From a virus (taxonomy: Duplodnaviria > Heunggongvirae > Uroviricota > Caudoviricetes), in IMG/VR virus record IMGVR_UViG_3300032731_000668, positions 64,001 to 128,000 of that record: a stretch of 64,000 nt of DNA; one strand, 5' to 3'. Every line of letters starts with the position of its first letter. Position 1 is the first letter of the stretch. This document shows, piece after piece, positions 1 to 10,206 of this stretch. Under the pieces are notes generated by a model that had not been told where the DNA came from, searched no databases, and saw only the letters and a program-made list of their open reading frames with translations. Both the position numbers and the translations under genes were made by a program.

Positions 1-599
1 ACGCCGAACAAATCTTGCCCCGTCAAGAAATTATAGAAGATAACCCAGAAATTATAAACTATATAAAAGATCAGTTATTTTCTACAATTATTCGAACCAT
101 AATACGCAAGTATACAAATGAGAATATAATGTGGAAGTTTACATGCAGGCAACATAAAGTATATTCTTCATATGTTATAAGAGCAACAGCAAAACCTATT
201 ATGATTGAAGAACCATTTCTCTCAGCATATAGAGAATTTACTTTGAAAGAAAGAATACAAAGAGCATGGTGTTGTTTTAAACAAAAATCTAATTATAAAA
301 ATTTGTAAATTAAAAAATATAATAAAAAAATTTTATTATGAGTAGATTATGAATAAAAAGGAGACGTTAAATGAATGAGTGGCATTTATACGCAAAAAAG
401 AAACCAATTGAGGCTGGCAGACATCTAATAAAATATAAACAATATTGCAATCAGCCACATATATTTACTGTTTTGATAGATAAAAATGGAGCAAGGTATA
501 GGATCAAGAAGAGCGGATATTGTATGTCAAAGTACGATAAAATGGGTATAGAAAAATGGTTGGCATATTGACATATGCTCTCTGGATTGGAACAGATTT

Positions 600-947
600 A
601 TGAAGATTGAAAATACCTTTATAGCAAATATATATGTTGGACTTCAAGAAAGATACGGAGATATTCTTCATACAATATATGAAGTAGAAATTATATGTCA
701 AGAATATTGTAATAGCAAAGGATATTGTGTGACAGTAACGCCAACCCAATTTGTTTACACGGGAGGCCAAGAAGAAGGGTGTATTGTAGGACTAATTCAA
801 TATCCAAGATTTCCAAAAGAAGAAAATGAAATAAGGGATATAGCAATTCATCTTGCAAAAATATTTATAAAACGTTTAGGTCAACTTAGGGTGTCTGTTG
901 TTTGTAGTGATAAAACGTATTTGGTAGAGGCAGATGAAAGAAAATAA
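600..947 (+). CDS. Hypothetical phage protein
   Basis: ORF track; phage-like composition; no family recognised. Confidence 0.7.
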   Translation: MKIENTFIANIYVGLQERYGDILHTIYEVEIICQEYCNSKGYCVTVTPTQFVYTGGQEEGCIVGLIQYPRFPKEENEIRDIAIHLAKIFIKRLGQLRVSVVCSDKTYLVEADERK

Positions 948-1463
948 TTTATTAAATGATCTTGAATATAGATTTAATAAAGAAAATAAGATAAAGGAGA
1001 AAAATGATAGTTCAAACCAGTAAAAATCAAGCGGTTGAGATTGATCTCAATCTATCTGTTGCAGATTTAACTTTAGCAAATTCTGAGTCTCAGCAAATAA
1101 TTAAATTGGCATTAAGTGAAGCGGTACAAACTTTGTATTCTGATGATAGCGCGGATTGTGGAACTACGCTTTGGCAGATTGTCAACATTTTAGGAGGAGA
1201 AGAAGCCGTCAATATGCTAGAAAAGAATTGCGAAAAAGCATATGAAAAATATTGTACATAAAAATAAGATAAAATAGAAATTTTATTAGGAAATAGAAAA
1301 TGAATCAAGCCGAGATAGTATTAAAGGTTGTCGCTCTTGTCAAAGATTATGAAGACAAGAAAATAGACGAACAAAAATTACTTGCCGAAATTTGGAGATA
1401 TATGAGTTATCAAGGCTACCATGATGTTGATGAATTTTATAAATAGGATGAAATAAGATTTAT

Positions 1464-1868
1464 ATGCAAACAGTCCGTATCATAATAGCAGGCGGTCGCA
1501 AGTTTAGTGATTACGCAATGTTAAAAAGAACTATGGTAAAGTTCATTAAAAAATTACATGATCATATTAATTTTAATGATGTAGAAATTGTTTCGGGAGG
1601 TGCAAGAGGCACCGATCGATTAGGCGAAAGATTTGCAAAAGAACTTGGCCATAGGCTGAAAATTTTTCAAGCTGATTGGGATTTTTATGGGAAAAGTGCA
1701 GGTTATATTAGAAATGATGTTATGCTTAAGTATGCAGAAGAATCAGATCATTCTGTGTTAGTTGCTTTTTGGGATAGTAGATCCAAGGGTACTAAAAATA
1801 TGATTGATATTGCTAAAAAAAGTTTGGATAGTGTTGAAGTTATTTCATATAAAGACTTGACAAAATAA
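1464..1868 (+). CDS. SLOG-superfamily (DUF2493/YspA-like) protein
   Basis: Motifs IIAGGRKFSDY, IVSGGARGTDRLGE, ADWDFYGKSAGYIRN, AFWDSRSKGTKNMI. Confidence 0.85.
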   Translation: MQTVRIIIAGGRKFSDYAMLKRTMVKFIKKLHDHINFNDVEIVSGGARGTDRLGERFAKELGHRLKIFQADWDFYGKSAGYIRNDVMLKYAEESDHSVLVAFWDSRSKGTKNMIDIAKKSLDSVEVISYKDLTK

Positions 1869-1885
1869 AAATATTATGTTATAAT
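1857..1885 (+). promoter_or_regulatory. Sigma70/A promoter TTGACA-N17-TATAAT with TGn extension
   Basis: Exact consensus read from the sequence. Confidence 0.9.
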
Positions 1886-2228
1886 AAACCGATATTAAGG
1901 AGCAAATAAATCAATGAAGAAGATCAAAGAGTACGATGAGGTTGGTCGTGTCAATATCAATTGTGATTGTGGATGCAGTTCTCTTACAATTGAACAATGG
2001 CAGGGAGAAAATGGTCCAGAAGAAATCTTTATTGCGCATAAGATAAGTTCTTTTTATGCGCTACAGCAACCAGGTTGGACAAAATTTAAAGAGGCAATAA
2101 AAATTATATGGTGTATTCTGCGAGGGAAAGAATATTATTTTTATGAAATTGTTTTGACTACAAAAGATCAAATTTCCAAGTTTAAAAAGGCAGTCGCTTT
2201 ATTAGATGAAAATATTTTTGAGTATTAA

Positions 2229-2831
2229 ATGTCAAAATTAAATTGTGGTATTTATAAAATAGAGAATTTGATTGATGGAAAAATGTATATTGGAGGAAGC
2301 GCCAATTTGTATCAAAGAAAACATTCTCATTTTAGCAAACTAAAATATGGTTGTCATGAAAATTCTGTCTTACAAAAAACATATGTTTCAGACGGAAAAG
2401 AAAATTTTAAATTTATTATTTTATTATATTGTGAATGTTTTGAGTTAAAAAGATACGAACAGGCGTTGGTAAACAAACAAAGAAAATCTAAAATGCTATA
2501 CAATGTTCATCTAGACGATGTCAACAGTCCTTCGGGCGTCAAAAAATCAAGAGAAGAAATATTGGGAATGAGCGCAAGAAACAAGGGAAAAAACAATCCT
2601 TTCTATGGGAAAACACACATGGCAAAGACACGAAGAAAAATGTGTAAAAATCATGCAGATGTAAGTGGGAAAAATAATCCAAGAATTACATCAAAAGAAA
2701 TGGTCTTAAAAATTTTAAAACTATTTGACAAAAATATGCCTGTGAAAAATATTGCAGAACAATTGGATATTGGTCAGACCATTGTATATAGAGTAAAAAA
2801 TGGATTTTATGACGATATTTACGATTTATAG
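2229..2831 (+). CDS. GIY-YIG homing endonuclease with NUMOD3-like motifs and C-terminal HTH
   Basis: CGIYKIENL...MYIGGS, RYEQ, NPFYGKTH, C-terminus VKNGFYDDIYDL. Confidence 0.88.
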   Translation: MSKLNCGIYKIENLIDGKMYIGGSANLYQRKHSHFSKLKYGCHENSVLQKTYVSDGKENFKFIILLYCECFELKRYEQALVNKQRKSKMLYNVHLDDVNSPSGVKKSREEILGMSARNKGKNNPFYGKTHMAKTRRKMCKNHADVSGKNNPRITSKEMVLKILKLFDKNMPVKNIAEQLDIGQTIVYRVKNGFYDDIYDL

Positions 2832-3395
2832 CACATAAAAGGAATAATGATAAATAAAAATAATGTATTTGCTTTAGTGCACTTAAATTGGGAAGGGCTT
2901 CAAATTCTTGAGCTTGGCGATAAAAAATTTATTTTAGAGAAATACTTTTGGTGGAAAGAACAACTTGCGCAATATCAAAAAGAAGATTGTGATGATTTAT
3001 GCATTATGAGTTACGGGGATGAAAACACAGTAGAATGTGTTTGTAATAGATTTGATACGTCTGTATCAAAAGTAAAAGGATTGTAAAATGAAAACATTTA
3101 TTCTTATCGAAAAAGTTATGAACGGAACAGTTACAATGGACGTAATAACAATTCTTTTTCAAACAAAAAGTTTTGAAAAAGTTGTTAGCCACATTAAAAA
3201 TAGGCTAGAAAAATTAGAAGAAGTCGAAAACGTAAGTGTTATTTATGAAAATGATAACGACAAAATATTCTCGTATAATATTTGCGACCAAACTTTTCCG
3301 ATAGCTGGACACATAGAAAATAAAGAATCAAAGATTATCAATGTATAGCACAATAAAATGAATCTTTTATTTGATTATAAAAAAGGAGAAAGAAA

Positions 3396-3881
3396 ATGAA
3401 AATTGTTTTTGGTTTATTGGTTGTGGCAATGGTTATGTTTGCTGGATGTGAAAGCCAACAGACGACTGACCAAGGAGTAGTTGTTGACTCAAAATATGAC
3501 TCTAATTTGTACACGGTTACATTAGAAGCCGATGATTTAACAAGTCATGAGAATTTTAATTTATCGGGAAGTATGTCTATGGTAAATGGTTTTGGCACAG
3601 GAAGTGTGAGTGCATGGACTGATGGCAAAGGAATTCTAAGGGGAAGGCTTTTAGATATTTCTCCCGAATTAGTTGGTTTTAGCGTTAGCGATACCATTAT
3701 TGTGAAGACAACCGATTTAAAAGTAAAAATGATAAAAGATGGAGACGTTATAATTTTGAAATGTGTTTCAGATTATGAGCCAGTTATCAGTCAAAATCAA
3801 GACACAACCGTTGCGCAACAATATGAATTGTGGGAATTAGATTATTGCCGACTTGTGAAGATCAAAAAAGCTGCAGAATGA
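3396..3881 (+). CDS. Putative lipoprotein
   Basis: Hydrophobic signal peptide ending in lipobox MFAGC; SD AAGGAG. Confidence 0.7.
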   Translation: MKIVFGLLVVAMVMFAGCESQQTTDQGVVVDSKYDSNLYTVTLEADDLTSHENFNLSGSMSMVNGFGTGSVSAWTDGKGILRGRLLDISPELVGFSVSDTIIVKTTDLKVKMIKDGDVIILKCVSDYEPVISQNQDTTVAQQYELWELDYCRLVKIKKAAE

Positions 3882-3890
3882 AAAATAAAA

Positions 3891-3920
3891 TTTTGGGTGG
3901 CGCATAAGCGCCATCCAAAA
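3891..3920. terminator. Intrinsic terminator-like hairpin
   Basis: ttttgggtggcgc-ataa-gcgccatccaaaa with T/A tracts on both sides. Confidence 0.75.
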
Positions 3921-3949
3921 CCACATAAAATGAAGGTTTTATGAGGTTT
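3917..3949. repeat. Palindrome copy AAAACCACATAAAA-tgaagg-TTTTATGAGGTTT
   Basis: Direct read; follows a terminator hairpin and precedes an SD. Confidence 0.9.
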
Positions 3950-4154
3950 AAAAAAGGAGAAATATGAAAAAATCTAAGTTCAATTTGACAGAAAAAGAAG
4001 TTGATGAATTGCTAACAAGTAGACCTAGCATGTTTAATGCAGGAATGCTTTTAGACCTAAAAAGAATGTACGATTTATTTCATTATGTTTTAAATACGCT
4101 TGAAAAAGAACATGGAATAAAATTAGAGGTTGACGGAATAAATAATTAGCACCC

Positions 4155-4183
4155 TTGACAAAATAACAATTATATGGTATTAT
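4155..4183 (+). promoter_or_regulatory. Sigma70/A promoter driving the RNA unit and the 617-aa gene
   Basis: TTGACA-N17-TATTAT with TG at 4175-4176; predicted start about 4190. Confidence 0.9.
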
Positions 4184-4189
4184 TATGTT

Positions 4190-4246
4190 GGGCAAAAGAA
4201 GTTCCTTTACAAAATTTTCTATTAAAAAATAATTTACTTCTCGCCC
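4190..4246 (+). ncRNA. UUCCUU-bulge hairpin module, copy 1
   Basis: GGGC/GCCC stem, AAA-over-C loop, AGAAG/CUUCU helix, UUCCUU bulge, UA/UA pair. Confidence 0.8.
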
Positions 4247-4250
4247 TCGT

Positions 4251-4362
4251 GGGAAAGTAGCTCAGTGGGAGAGCGTCGGCATTATTACTGTTCGCCGAAA
4301 AGCACAAACAGTTCCTTTACAATTGGAGCCGAGAGTCGTTGGTTCGAATCCAACCTTTCCTA
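4251..4362 (+). ncRNA. tRNA-like RNA with a 47-nt structured insert replacing the anticodon loop
   Basis: Acceptor GGGAAAG/CTTTCCT, D arm GCTC-agtggga-GAGC, anticodon stem TCGGC/GCCGA, T arm GTTGG-TTCGAAT-CCAAC; insert at 4281-4327. Confidence 0.88.
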
Positions 4363-4365
4363 ATA

Positions 4366-4424
4366 AATGGCAAAAGACGTTCCTTTAAAATACAATGCTA
4401 ATGTTTTACGTCTCGCCATTTTTT
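4366..4424 (+). ncRNA. UUCCUU-bulge hairpin module, copy 3, followed by U6 (terminator/attenuator-like)
   Basis: AAUGGC/GCCAUU, AAA-over-C, AGACG/CGUCU (compensatory change versus copy 1), UUCCUU bulge, UAAAA/UUUUA. Confidence 0.8.
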
Positions 4425-4443
4425 ATAAAAAACAGGAGATAAA

Positions 4444-6297
4444 ATGAATAAAGCAACTTTAAGATTGTTCAATGCTATTCAAGTAGAACGAAAAACCCAA
4501 GGTTACGGAAACGCCCACAAGAAGAGGTGTATATCTAATGGCTATATTCTCAGTCATTCTATTGATCCAAAGGAAAATACTCTAGAAGAAATTGAAAACA
4601 TTATCGGTATTTCTGGCGAGAAAGCGAATGCTTCTTTCCATAAGTCATGGAAGATTGTCCGTGATTCTGACATGGAAGTTTTGGTTATCCAACAAATTCT
4701 TCATTATTTTACTACTTATGGATTTGAATCTCTTGGTATTTATAATGAGAATACTGTTTATGTTCCCAATGAAGTTTTAAAAATTCCAAAAATCAAAGAC
4801 GGTATTTCTTTAGTGTTCATTAAGGCAATGACTTCTCAAGAAATCTTAGATGCAATATTGGTCTTGGGCGCAGGCATTGCTTTGGCAAAAACTACATTGA
4901 ACGATATAATGACTGTCGTAGAATCAAATAAATATAACAGTGATTTTGTCGAAAAAATAAACAACCGTGAATTAAAAACACGCCTTTATGAATTTTATGA
5001 TATTGTACCTGCTGAACCTGTAGAATATCTACGATATGTTATTCAGCAAATTACCAACGAGTCTTTGTTGATCAAGAATGATTATCTTATCAGTATGATT
5101 AAAGCATCGGAAGGAAAATTTCTAGATCATCTTCTAAAGAAAGCGCCAAAGGATTTAGCAAGTATTTTCTTTAGATATAAGCCTTTGTTTCTTGCAATGA
5201 AATCGATTAGTAAAAACAAGAATTTCTTTAATCGTTTACGAAAAGACGCGAATAAAATGCATATTCCTATGCCAACCGATTATCTCAACAATATTACTTC
5301 ACAAATTAAAGAAGGCAAACTAGATATAGAGAGGCTAGAACATCGATTGGTAGATGCAAGTATATTTAGGAAGATAAGACTTGCCTATGCTTTGAGCCAT
5401 CGAATTAATAGCGGAAATAGTATTGTGTATAAAGTTCGTAATGGGCGAGGATGGGTTACAGATTTTGAATGGCACAAGAATTTTGGGATGGCGACTGAAT
5501 CTGCGTTTAGTGTTGTTTTGAAATCTATTGCTGAAAATATACGAAAAAACGTAGGCGGAAAAACTTTTTATATTCCTGACAATATTCATTACGCTTTACC
5601 CTCAACGGAAAAACAATTCATTGGAAATTTGCCCTCTAACACCTATGCTACTGTTCCTAATGATATGATTATTGGAGTTCATTGGACAAATACGAATAGA
5701 AGAATCGATTTAGATTTCTCTATGATACAACAATCTGGTAAATTTGGATGGGATGCAGGATATCGTCAGGGAAACGATGTTTTATTTTCTGGTGATTTAG
5801 TAGATGCTCCTAAACCAAATGGCGCATCGGAATTGTTCTATATGTCTGAAGCACAAGAAGAAGCAAAAATTTTGATGTTAAATTATTTCAATTTTAATGC
5901 AGATGATAAAGTAGTATTTAAATTTTTTGTTGCAAATGAGAAGACAAAAAAGTTAGACAAAAATTATATGGTTAGTCCAAATAACATAATTTTATCATGT
6001 AATGTAGAAACAGATCAGAAACAAATGATTTTAGGATTAGTTGTTTCTGTAGACGGGGAAAACCGACTATATTTTTCAAATACCAGTATTGGAAATTCAA
6101 TTACGTCTGGAGCAAATGAAATATCTACAAAAGCTAGAAATTTTATGGTCGCTAGCTGTGTGGGTGCTATAAACTTAGAAATTATTTTGGCTATGGCAGG
6201 TGCAGATATTGTTTCTGAAAAACCAGAAGAAGAGTACATTGACTTATCACCCGAAGCATTGGATAAAACAACTATTATTGATTTGTTCCAAGGATAA
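4444..6297 (+). CDS. 617-aa uncharacterised protein with a possible TerD-like C-terminal domain
   Basis: Long ORF with SD AGGAG; C-terminal GVHW..RIDLDFS..GWD..LFSGDLVDAP..GASE pattern resembles TerD-like domains (pattern recall, not searched). Confidence 0.6.
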   Translation: MNKATLRLFNAIQVERKTQGYGNAHKKRCISNGYILSHSIDPKENTLEEIENIIGISGEKANASFHKSWKIVRDSDMEVLVIQQILHYFTTYGFESLGIYNENTVYVPNEVLKIPKIKDGISLVFIKAMTSQEILDAILVLGAGIALAKTTLNDIMTVVESNKYNSDFVEKINNRELKTRLYEFYDIVPAEPVEYLRYVIQQITNESLLIKNDYLISMIKASEGKFLDHLLKKAPKDLASIFFRYKPLFLAMKSISKNKNFFNRLRKDANKMHIPMPTDYLNNITSQIKEGKLDIERLEHRLVDASIFRKIRLAYALSHRINSGNSIVYKVRNGRGWVTDFEWHKNFGMATESAFSVVLKSIAENIRKNVGGKTFYIPDNIHYALPSTEKQFIGNLPSNTYATVPNDMIIGVHWTNTNRRIDLDFSMIQQSGKFGWDAGYRQGNDVLFSGDLVDAPKPNGASELFYMSEAQEEAKILMLNYFNFNADDKVVFKFFVANEKTKKLDKNYMVSPNNIILSCNVETDQKQMILGLVVSVDGENRLYFSNTSIGNSITSGANEISTKARNFMVASCVGAINLEIILAMAGADIVSEKPEEEYIDLSPEALDKTTIIDLFQG

Positions 6298-6301
6298 TAA
6301 A

Positions 6302-6547
6302 ATGTCTTGGAACTATAGAATAATTAAACAGGACGGTTGCTTTGGCATTCGAGATGTATATTATGACAAACAAGGAAGAATGCAATTAGTGGCTGTAGAA
6401 GATCAACCTCCTCATGGAACAACATTAGAGGCACTTAAAACCGATATGGGATATTTCAAAGAAGCATTTAATAAACCAGTTGTTAATTATGAAGACATTC
6501 CCGAAGATGATGCTGACATGTCTATGTATAATAGGAAGGTGGAATAA
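6302..6547 (+). CDS. Hypothetical phage protein (MSWNYRII...)
   Basis: ATG at 6302 just after the upstream stop; the longer ORF call overlaps the 617-aa gene. Confidence 0.65.
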   Translation: MSWNYRIIKQDGCFGIRDVYYDKQGRMQLVAVEDQPPHGTTLEALKTDMGYFKEAFNKPVVNYEDIPEDDADMSMYNRKVE

Positions 6548-8086
6548 AATTTTGGATTATACTCAATGTTTATTAATTAAATATGGCAATGTCATAACTA
6601 TTGGTAGACATATTAATCCATCTATTTATTTAGATTAGATAGAGTAATTAAAGGAGCTTAACATGAAAGATAGAATACAGAATGAACTTGAGAGTGCAAA
6701 TAAACAAGCCAATCTTTATAGAACCAAATGGCTTATAGCCCACAATACTTTGCACGCTCTTGTTCACGAAGAAAATCAAGAGATACAAAATAAGGATGGA
6801 GCAAAGAAATATTTTACGGAGTATCTGTGTGAATTGGAAAATGCGCCTAAGATTGCATTATTACCAGCTTAGAACATGTAAACAGATACATCGCATTTAT
6901 CTGCTTGTTCAAAGGCAGTACTATTACCACATGAGGAGATAAAAATGAAACCCAAAATCTCAATCGCACAGCAAATACTTTTACAAGCAGTCTTAATCGC
7001 AGTTGGAATATTCTTGGTAGTTAATAGTAGTCTTACAGGGGGTATAATAGGATTTGGCATGATTGGTATAGCGGCATTAGTTCCCATTATTATGCCAATG
7101 AATAAATCCAATTAATGCTCATACAATCTTGATAGAATACCAATACTACCTTTGATGGTCATTGGAATGATGGATGGATAGTTCAAGAAGTCTATAGTTC
7201 TGAAAGCGAGCAATATATTTTAAAGCACGAAAGAGATTGGGCAAAACAAAGAGAGGCAAGCGATATATGAAAAAATTTCCTGATTGGGAAGGCAAAGAGT
7301 ATGGCGGAGATTTTGCATGCGAAGATCCTACCTGTGAAGTTACTTGCGAATGTGGCCATGGATTAAACGAAAAAGGCATATTATGGGTTAGTGACTATGA
7401 GATAGTTCGTTGTCCTGAATGTGGACGTGGATATAAAACGGAGTTTGTTGTTTGGCAATTTGAGAAGGGTGAAACATAATATAATAAAACTATATGTAGT
7501 AACTATGTATCGATATGGAGATAGGCAAAAACATTCTTATATTTTGGGCGTTTGGGATACCGAAGAAGAAGCAAATTTATTTGCAAAAACAGAAGAATCC
7601 TACAGGGGATATCCTAAATATATAGCAGAAATATTACCTGTTGAATTAAATAAAGAACTTTATGGTAATGAAAAAATACAAACCTAATAAAATGAGGATA
7701 TTATGAATATCGCGGAAGTGAATACGATAAGAAAACTAAGTAGACAAGTATCTGAAAGTTCTGATGTGCGTACAATTGTCGCTGCAAGCGAACAATTAAT
7801 TGAGGCTTCGCGCAAAATTAGGGAAAGATACCAAGAAAAAGAAAATAAAAAAAATCTAAATGCACACAAAGCAATTCAAAAAATTAATGAAGTCATTGAT
7901 AATCGGTATATTCTTGGTGACTCAAAGAAATTAGATAAGATTATAGATATAGTTGGAAAATTAAATAAAGAAGAATAAATATATACAATAAAACGAGGAT
8001 TTTATGGGGTATATTTTATATACATATATTAACTCGTATGCGTTAATAACCAGATATTAAAAACACCATAATTGGAGTAAATAAAA

Positions 8087-9331
8087 ATGAATTTAAATAA
8101 AAGCTTCGCCGAAGAATTTGACAAGATTTGTCAAGAAGAAGCAACAATGATGAAAAATATAAAGAGCATAAGGAAATATATCGGAGAACTTCCTCCATTG
8201 ACTAATTTGAACGTATGCAAAAAACTTGAGGACGAACATCTGCGTATGTATGAATACACAACACTATTGGCAAATACTTATATGAAATTATCTCAACTTT
8301 ATCATTATACTAGATTAATAAATGAACAAATTTTAGACGATCAAAACATAATAAAATATTTTATCACCAAAGGAGAAAGTAATTTGAATAAAAAAATAAT
8401 AGTATTTCTTGTTGCATTTATGTTGATTGGTTGTGTTCCTACCACAAAGGTTGAAATAGCGCCAACAGAAATTATTGCAGCCCCGACAATGAAACCAACG
8501 ATAAAACCAACACCGACAATAGAACCAACCTCAATTGTAGACGACAATTATTATGGACAATTGACACCAGAACCTATAACATTAAACATATATGATCATC
8601 CATATTACTGTGATAAATTAGGTGACCCACATAAAGTAAATGGGTATTATTATAATGATCCTGATTGGATACAGTTTTGTAGACGAGAAGAATACTTTTG
8701 GATTCCAGGACTTTTAACATACGAATCTCAATTTATGAGAATGCCTGATTTAGTTATAGGAAAAGTTTATGGATATGAAGCAAATTTGATGGAACATACT
8801 GCTATGTTTCATGAATTGAACATAGACAATGTAAGAGATGGTATAACTCTTCCATTCTGTTCTGAGATTGGAGGTTACGCTTGGGTAAAGCGCCCATATA
8901 ATCCTGACATAGCTGGCACAGGAGAGTGGGAAGGGCCATTCAGAGTAGTTGATTGTGCTGGCGTATTAGACCTATATAATGTTGTTGTCAGGCGCAAAGA
9001 AGTGGCGGAGGTAGGATTTCAAACCGCTGTAGATTGGGGTATGGTGAAAGATCTAAATCAAACGGGTGAATTGACTTGGAATAAATTTTGGGATATGCGA
9101 AGCTGGTATACAGACATAATGGTATCAAAAATTGACCCAAAGTATCTACCCGATGATTTAGAACCGATTGTATTAGCGGATTGGTTTGCGGAAAGAGCAA
9201 CTTTTTATGAGACACAAGAGGAATGGGATAATGCCTATAAACCGCTACCTAAAACATTTGATCAAGTACAAAAGTGGCGATTTGAACCCAACGGTGAATG
9301 GGTGATGTTTGACTTAAACGAGATAGAATAA
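8087..9331 (+). CDS. Apparent in-frame fusion of a ~100-aa ORF and a lipoprotein starting at TTG 8384
   Basis: Internal SD GGAG plus TTG, then signal peptide MNKKIIVFLVAFMLIGC and PT-rich linker. Confidence 0.65.
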   Translation: MNLNKSFAEEFDKICQEEATMMKNIKSIRKYIGELPPLTNLNVCKKLEDEHLRMYEYTTLLANTYMKLSQLYHYTRLINEQILDDQNIIKYFITKGESNLNKKIIVFLVAFMLIGCVPTTKVEIAPTEIIAAPTMKPTIKPTPTIEPTSIVDDNYYGQLTPEPITLNIYDHPYYCDKLGDPHKVNGYYYNDPDWIQFCRREEYFWIPGLLTYESQFMRMPDLVIGKVYGYEANLMEHTAMFHELNIDNVRDGITLPFCSEIGGYAWVKRPYNPDIAGTGEWEGPFRVVDCAGVLDLYNVVVRRKEVAEVGFQTAVDWGMVKDLNQTGELTWNKFWDMRSWYTDIMVSKIDPKYLPDDLEPIVLADWFAERATFYETQEEWDNAYKPLPKTFDQVQKWRFEPNGEWVMFDLNEIE

Positions 9332-9345
9332 AAAAGGAGATAAGA

Positions 9346-9903
9346 GTGAAGAAACTATTGGTTTTTATATTGATGTTATGCATATTAATTGGATGTACCC
9401 CGAATACAGATATTGAAGTTGAAAATACGGCGTCAGAAACAGAATTATCTACGGCAGAATTGCCACGGTTTAAAGGTTTTGAATACCTTGAGGATGGTGG
9501 TTTGGCTATTTATACGCCGCCTTCGGCTGAAATCTTTTTTGTTATTGATGCCAATACGATATGGTTAGAGTCAGATCTTAGTGAACAAACACTTCTTGTG
9601 CACCGAGGAGAAGAAACGATAGATATGTTTTCTATTTCGTCTGGATTGCCGGCAACTCCAACTCCAACAGGATCATATAGGGTTTACAAAATGCAAACAG
9701 AGCATACTATGTGGTTAGATAACGTAGCGTATGATACGCCATGGATGATGTTTTTTCATCATGATTATGCAATTCATTCTGCTAATTGGCACGATAGTTT
9801 TGGCGAACCAATGAGTCTTGGTTGTATCAATATGTTTGTAGACGAAGCACGAGAAATTTATTATCAAGTTGAAATAGGAACACATATATATATTCATGAA
9901 TAA
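9346..9903 (+). CDS. L,D-transpeptidase (YkuD family) lipoprotein
   Basis: Lipobox LIGC; ISSGLPATPTPTGSY; catalytic AIHSANWH...SLGCINM. Confidence 0.88.
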   Translation: MKKLLVFILMLCILIGCTPNTDIEVENTASETELSTAELPRFKGFEYLEDGGLAIYTPPSAEIFFVIDANTIWLESDLSEQTLLVHRGEETIDMFSISSGLPATPTPTGSYRVYKMQTEHTMWLDNVAYDTPWMMFFHHDYAIHSANWHDSFGEPMSLGCINMFVDEAREIYYQVEIGTHIYIHE

Positions 9904-9935
9904 AACCAAATAAATGTATTATTTTATGTGGTTTT
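9902..9935. repeat. Palindrome copy AAAACCAAATAAAT-gtatta-TTTTATGTGGTTTT
   Basis: Direct read; overlaps the stop of the L,D-transpeptidase gene. Confidence 0.9.
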
Positions 9936-10206
9936 AAAAGGATTGCTAAATGGAAAACAAAGTTGTAAAGCTGGAGTTTGAAGAAACAAATCCATCAGAT
10001 ATTCTCGTAGCCCTGATTATTGAAAATGAAGCAGGAGAAGAAAAAGTTATAGGACATGCCACAATTCCTATTGAAAATATCGATATATCTAATAGTGGGT
10101 TTATCAATTTTGAATAAGGAAAAAGGATTGAATTTCACCGGTATACTGTTTTTCACCGAGCGGTGAAAATTTTATTTAGAGTGAAAATAACATAAAAGGA
10201 TAATTT

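Noticed and set aside
4281-4327. Insert as an archaeal-type or group I tRNA intron
   Set aside because: No bulge-helix-bulge; far too short for a group I intron; no excision I could find restores a canonical 7-nt loop with pyrimidine 32, U33 and purine 37; the insert matches the flanking hairpins instead.
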